Part shown: positions 59,534-64,000 of the stretch, in pieces
Numbering within the stretch: position 1 is the stretch's first letter
How the letters are laid out: each line of letters starts with the position of its first letter
Assembly (NCBI GenBank): GCA_963749075.1
Contig: CAVVLJ010000017.1
Span: forward strand, 320,001-384,000
Length of the DNA: 64,000 bases
Direction: 5' to 3'
DNA from: an uncultured Pseudomonadota bacterium
Lineage (GTDB): Bacteria; Pseudomonadota; Alphaproteobacteria; JACZXZ01
Notes under the pieces: generated by a model
Database searches by the model: none
The model's input: the letters and a program-made list of their open reading frames with translations, nothing else
What the model was told of the DNA's origin: nothing
Translations under genes and position numbers: made by a program

Positions 59534-61704
59534 CTGCCGCGGGCGAAGGGCTCTGCCGCCATTGCCTGTTGCCGCTTGGCTTGCGCCCGCTGCGGCGCAC
59601 GATGCGGGGAGAGAGCCGCGCGTTTTGCTGCTACGGCTGCTGCATCGCCGATCAGGTCAAGGGCGGACGCGGCGAGGAGTGGGAAGCGGCGCTGCTCCTC
59701 ATCCGCCTCGGCGTCGGCAGCTTTCTCTCGATGAACATCATGCTGTTCAGCCTGCTCTTTTACGCCGACGCCTTCGCCGCTACCGACGTCCGGGTCGTCC
59801 GCGGCATCGACTTCCTGCTCTGGGCCCTGGCGACGCCGGCGCTTCTCATCCTCGGCGGGCCGTTCCTGCGGGAGAGCTGGGGCAACGCCGCGCGCGGGCG
59901 CCTGACCTCCTCGGCGCTCATCGTGCTCGGCGTCGGCGCCGCCTACCTCTATTCCGTCCTCGTCATTCTGGCCGGCGGCACGCACGTCTATTTCGATACC
60001 GCCGCCATGGTGTTGATGCTGTTCACGCTCGGACGCTATCTCGAGGCGGCCGGGCGCGCCCGCGCCGCGCGCGACCTCGAGCCCCTGCTGGCGGCGGAGA
60101 GCGAGCTCGTGACGGTGGTCGACGGCGAGACGGAGCGGCGCTGCCCGGCGCGCGAGGTCGTCGCCGGGATGCTGGTGCGGGTGAGGCCCGGCGAGCGCAT
60201 CGCCGTCGACGGCACGGTGCTCGAGGGCGAGTCCCATGCCGACGAGGCGGTGATCACGGGAGAGAGCCGTGAAATCGTCAAGCTTGCCGGCGCGCCGGTG
60301 ATCGCCGGCAGCATCAATCTCGACGGCGTCCTCCTCATCCGCTGCGACAGTCCCGGCAACGAGACGCGCTGGGCGCAAATCTGCCGCTCGGTGCGGGAGG
60401 CGCTGTTGCGCCGCAGCCCGATCCAGCGCCTCGCCGACGGCGCGGTGAGCGCCTTCGTGCCCCTCGTGCTGCTGCTCGCGGGCGCGACCGTGCTCTATTG
60501 GGCGACGCGGCTGCCCTTCGACGGCGCCCTGCTCGCCGGGCTCGCCGTGCTGGTGGTGGCCTGCCCCTGCGCGGTCGGCCTCGCGGCACCTCTGGCGAGC
60601 TCGCTCGGCATCGGCCGCCTGGCGCGGCACGGCTGTCTCGTGCGCAGCCCCGGCGCGCTCGAGAGCCTCGCCCGCACGCGCCTGCTTGCCTTCGACAAGA
60701 CCGGGACGCTGACCGCCGGCAGGCCGCGGCTCGTCGGCATCGCGTGCGCGGCCGCGGAGAGCGGCGACGTGCTCGCCCGCGCCGCTGGCCTCGAGCGCCA
60801 TTCCGAGCATGCGCTCGCGCGCGCCGTCACCGCCGCGGCTGCGGCGCGCGGGCTCCAACCGGCGCCCGCCCGCGAGGTCCGCGTCATCGCGGGCCGCGGC
60901 ATCCGGGGCAGCGTCGGCGGAGAGACGGTGGCAGCCGGCAGCCATGTCTTGATGGAGGCGCTCGGCTGGCCGCTGCCGCCGACCCTCGCCGAGCGCGCGC
61001 TAGAGCTTGAAGCGGACGGTCATTCGGCGATCTATGTCGGCTGGGGCGGGCGAGTTCGCGCCCTGCTCTCCTTCGCTGACACCCCGCTCCCCGAGGCCCG
61101 CGCCACGGTCGCGGCACTCGGCCGCCTCGGGCTGCAAGCAGCCCTTCTGACGGGCGATCTCGCCGGCGCCACCGCGCGCGTCGCCGCTGCGGCGGGGATC
61201 GCGGACTGGCAGGCCGGCCTCTCGCCCGAAGCCAAGCGCGCGAGCCTTGAGCGGCGGCGTCAAGGGGGCGGCCTGACGGCGATGGTCGGCGACGGGCTCA
61301 ACGACGGCCCGGCGCTGGCGGGAGCGGACGTCGGCATCGCCGTCGGCAGTGCCACGGATCTCGCGCGCGAGACCGCGGATCTCGTGCTCCCTCCGGGCGG
61401 GCTGTGGATGCTGCCCTGGATCGTCGGCCTGGCGCGGGCGGTGCGCGGGACCATCCTGGCCAACCTGGCCTGGGCCTTCGGCTACAACCTCATTGCCCTC
61501 GCCTGCGCAGCACTCGGACTGCTGCAGCCGATGCTGGCGGCCGGGATCATGGCCGGTTCGAGCATCCTCGTGGTGATGAATTCGCTGCGCTTGGAGCGCT
61601 ATCCCGATCCGGTTCCTTTCGGCACCCCGGCGCCTGACCGCGCGCAAGCGCGGCGCGCCGGCGGGGAGCCGGTCGCGAGCGCTGCGGCGCTCGAGCACGT
61701 TTGA
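59530..61704 (+). CDS. CcoI/FixI-like Cu-transporting P1B ATPase
   Basis: N-terminal CRHC..FCCYGC, TGES, CPC, DKTGT, SEH, GDGLND, YN..P..M..SS. Confidence 0.92.
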   Translation: MTAAGEGLCRHCLLPLGLRPLRRTMRGESRAFCCYGCCIADQVKGGRGEEWEAALLLIRLGVGSFLSMNIMLFSLLFYADAFAATDVRVVRGIDFLLWALATPALLILGGPFLRESWGNAARGRLTSSALIVLGVGAAYLYSVLVILAGGTHVYFDTAAMVLMLFTLGRYLEAAGRARAARDLEPLLAAESELVTVVDGETERRCPAREVVAGMLVRVRPGERIAVDGTVLEGESHADEAVITGESREIVKLAGAPVIAGSINLDGVLLIRCDSPGNETRWAQICRSVREALLRRSPIQRLADGAVSAFVPLVLLLAGATVLYWATRLPFDGALLAGLAVLVVACPCAVGLAAPLASSLGIGRLARHGCLVRSPGALESLARTRLLAFDKTGTLTAGRPRLVGIACAAAESGDVLARAAGLERHSEHALARAVTAAAAARGLQPAPAREVRVIAGRGIRGSVGGETVAAGSHVLMEALGWPLPPTLAERALELEADGHSAIYVGWGGRVRALLSFADTPLPEARATVAALGRLGLQAALLTGDLAGATARVAAAAGIADWQAGLSPEAKRASLERRRQGGGLTAMVGDGLNDGPALAGADVGIAVGSATDLARETADLVLPPGGLWMLPWIVGLARAVRGTILANLAWAFGYNLIALACAALGLLQPMLAAGIMAGSSILVVMNSLRLERYPDPVPFGTPAPDRAQARRAGGEPVASAAALEHV

Positions 61705-61741
61705 ACATTTGCCGCCATGGCAAAGGGAAAAGGACCGAAAA

Positions 61742-62803
61742 GTGGCAGACGATCTTAGGGTGGACGGGTCGAGGGAGCCTGCGGAGGTTGCCGGCTTCGG
61801 GCACGGCTTCCGCGCGGTCCATGGCGCCCTCGGGCGCTTTCTGCGCCTGCCCCGCCTGCGCCGGGAGGGCGCCTGGCTGCTGGCGGCGCTCGTGCTCGTC
61901 GGCTGGGTGGCGACCGGCATCTATAAAGTGCAGCCCGACGAGCAGGGCCTGGTGCTGCGCTTCGGCCATTGGATCGCGACCGAGCCGCCGGGGCTGCACT
62001 ACCACCTGCCCTATCCGGTCGAGAGGGTGCTGCTGCCGAGGGTCACCAGCATGAACGAGATGCGCATCGGCGGCGGCACGCCCGGCCTCTCCATCGGCGC
62101 GAGCCACATGCTGACCGGCGATGAGAATCTGGTCGAGGCCGAATATTCGGTATTCTGGGAGGTCAAGGACGCCGGGCGCTATCTCTTCGCGATGAGCGAT
62201 CCGGTTGGCATGCTGCGCACCGCCGCCGAGAGCGCGCTGCGCGACGTGATCGGGCGCAATCCCATCCTCTCCGCAATGTCCGACAAGCGCCAGCAGATCG
62301 CCGATGCCACCAAGGATGAGCTGCAGCGCTTGCTGAGCGCGCATCATGCCGGCATCCAGATCGTCCACGTCCAGTTGCAGCGCGTCGATCCGCCCGCGGC
62401 GGTGATTGATGCCTTCAACGACGTGCAGCGCGCCCGCGCCGACCAGGAGCGCGCTCGCAATGAGGCCGAAGCCTACCGCAACGACATCCTTCCCCGCGCC
62501 CGCGGCGAGGCCCAGCACATCATCCAGGACGCGGAGGCCTACAAGGCGCAGGTCGTGGCCGAGGCCAAGGGCGAGCTGCAAAACTACCTCGCGACCTACG
62601 CCGCCTACGGGGTCTCGCCCGAGGTGGTGTCGTGGCGGCTCTACCTCGACAGCGTGGATCAGATGCTGCGCAAGGCAGGCAAGGTCGTCATCGATTCCTC
62701 GGGCAAGGGTGTCGCGGGCGTGGTGACCTACATGCCGCTTGCCGACCTGCCGCACCCCGGGCGTCCCGAGAGCGGCGCAGACACGAAGGGGGCGCCGAAA
62801 TGA
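61742..62803 (+). CDS. hflK: HflK-family protein
   Basis: V.PDEQG.VLRFG, PGL.YHLPYP.E, MLTGDEN, V.PP..V.DAF.DVQ.A, P.ARGEA. Start uncertain. Confidence 0.9.
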   Translation: MADDLRVDGSREPAEVAGFGHGFRAVHGALGRFLRLPRLRREGAWLLAALVLVGWVATGIYKVQPDEQGLVLRFGHWIATEPPGLHYHLPYPVERVLLPRVTSMNEMRIGGGTPGLSIGASHMLTGDENLVEAEYSVFWEVKDAGRYLFAMSDPVGMLRTAAESALRDVIGRNPILSAMSDKRQQIADATKDELQRLLSAHHAGIQIVHVQLQRVDPPAAVIDAFNDVQRARADQERARNEAEAYRNDILPRARGEAQHIIQDAEAYKAQVVAEAKGELQNYLATYAAYGVSPEVVSWRLYLDSVDQMLRKAGKVVIDSSGKGVAGVVTYMPLADLPHPGRPESGADTKGAPK

Positions 62804-63681
62804 AGCGCTTTCTGCTGCCCTTGGCACTCGCCGTCGCCGCCGGTGCTGCGTTCATCCTGCCCGCGATCTTCTATACCGTGGGCGAGACGGATCAGGCTCT
62901 GGTCACGCGCTTCGGCCGGCCGATCGCCGTCGTCACCGCTCCCGGGCTCCATGCCAAGCGGCCCTTCGTCGACAACGTCACCTTCTACGACGCGAGGCTG
63001 CTGCCGCTGGACCCGCCCACCGAGCAGATCATCCTCGGCGATCAGAAGCGGATCGAGGTCGACACCTACACGTGGTTCCGCATCGTCGATCCGCTGCGCT
63101 TCTACCAGTCGGTGCATACGCTGGAGCAGGCGCGCTCGCAATTGACGCAACTCGTCGGCTCGTCGCTGCGCCGCGAATTGGGACAGGTGGCGCTCCCGGC
63201 GCTCCTGACGGAGCAGCGCGAGACGATCACCTCCGTCATCCGGAAAGAAGTGGCGGACAAGGCGCGTCCGCTCGGCATCGAGGTCGCCGACGTGCGCATC
63301 CATCGCGCCGATCTGCCGCCCGAGACCAGCCAGGCGATCTACGACCGCATGAAGTCGGAACGCCAGCGCGATGCCAAGGAGCTGCGCGCCCAGGGTTACG
63401 AGTGGGCGCAGGAAATCAAGAGCCGGGCGGACAAGGAGCGCACGGTGATCCTCGCGGAGGCGGAGCGGCAGAGCACCATCACGCGCAGCGAGGGCGACGC
63501 CGAGGCGAACCGGCTGTTCGGCGAGGCCTTCGCCAAGGACACCAAGTTCTTCACCTTCTACCGCGCCATGCAGACCTATCGGCGGGCGCTGGCGGATGCG
63601 GCGCCGACCTTGATTCTCTCGCCGGATGCGCAGTTCCTGCGCTACCTCGGCGGCGGCCCCCTGGCGAAGCCCGCGCCATGA
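62800..63681 (+). CDS. hflC: HflC-family protein
   Basis: PGL..K.PF, DQKR..VD, DP..FY, RADLP, Y.RM.SER, F..FYR...Y. Confidence 0.9.
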   Translation: MKRFLLPLALAVAAGAAFILPAIFYTVGETDQALVTRFGRPIAVVTAPGLHAKRPFVDNVTFYDARLLPLDPPTEQIILGDQKRIEVDTYTWFRIVDPLRFYQSVHTLEQARSQLTQLVGSSLRRELGQVALPALLTEQRETITSVIRKEVADKARPLGIEVADVRIHRADLPPETSQAIYDRMKSERQRDAKELRAQGYEWAQEIKSRADKERTVILAEAERQSTITRSEGDAEANRLFGEAFAKDTKFFTFYRAMQTYRRALADAAPTLILSPDAQFLRYLGGGPLAKPAP

Positions 63682-63729
63682 ACGCGCGTTGCGGCGGCGC
63701 CGTTCGGCTGTCGGCCTGAGGAGGTGGCC

Positions 63730-64000
63730 GTGCCTTCTTCCGTCATCGCCGCGCGCCCCTCCTGGCGCCGGCTGGCTTTTGTGGTTGGGCCCGGATTGGT
63801 GGCGATGCTGGCCGATACCGACGCCGGCAGCGTGATCACCGTGGCGCAGAGCGGGGCACAGTGGCAATACCGGCTTTTGCTGCTGCAATTCCTGCTCATT
63901 CCGGCGATGTTCATGGCGCAGGAGCTCGCCGGGCGCATCGGGATGTGCACCGGCAAGGGATGCGCCGAACTCATCCTCGCGCGGTTCGGTCGTGCCTGGG
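63730..64000 (+). CDS. NRAMP-family divalent cation transporter, 5' part (not in ORF track)
   Basis: Manual translation GPGLVAMLADTDAGSVITVAQSGAQWQY..QELAGRIG..TGKG.AELI..RFG; GAGGAGG RBS. Confidence 0.88.
   Translation, partial: MPSSVIAARPSWRRLAFVVGPGLVAMLADTDAGSVITVAQSGAQWQYRLLLLQFLLIPAMFMAQELAGRIGMCTGKGCAELILARFGRAW

Overview
High-GC (roughly 68-70% by eye) alphaproteobacterial chromosome segment. The nadE-gltX-cysS-cimA and glmU-glmS synteny, class II DAHP synthase and ALA-synthase-type hemA support this; it is Rhodospirillales-like by inference only. The left half (1-32080) is mostly housekeeping (cimA, cysS, gltX, nadE, azlCD, NAPRTase, DAHP synthase, gor, cynS, recQ, gabD, a Ugp-like ABC transporter, glmS, glmU, gph, tRNA-Val). 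It is interrupted by small accessory inserts: brnT/brnA, hicAB, an orphan ParD-like gene, and a 1.2-kb RusA-like + REase-HEPN islet bracketed by a duplicated gabD 3' end. It also carries many GC-rich palindromic REP/RIME-like repeats, two of them translated in frame inside genes. Right of tRNA-Val(CAC) an island-like region begins with an IS256 remnant. It holds a Tat-signal aldo/keto reductase, a P3A H+-ATPase, a three-level nested repeat/MITE, nfeD-slipin and a GntR-linked 9-gene catabolic operon of unknown substrate. It ends with a divergent respiratory cluster, the best candidate for an undescribed system. One arm encodes a cupredoxin-like protein, a Tat metallophosphoesterase, a SoxA/TsdA-like monoheme cytochrome, HemA and SCO. 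The other arm encodes an atypical cbb3-like oxidase with maturation genes, hflKC and an NRAMP-like transporter. The two arms are preceded by a 61-bp inverted duplication. Several single-base frameshifts in ordinary genes suggest residual assembly errors. All calls come from reading motifs by eye; no database searches were run.
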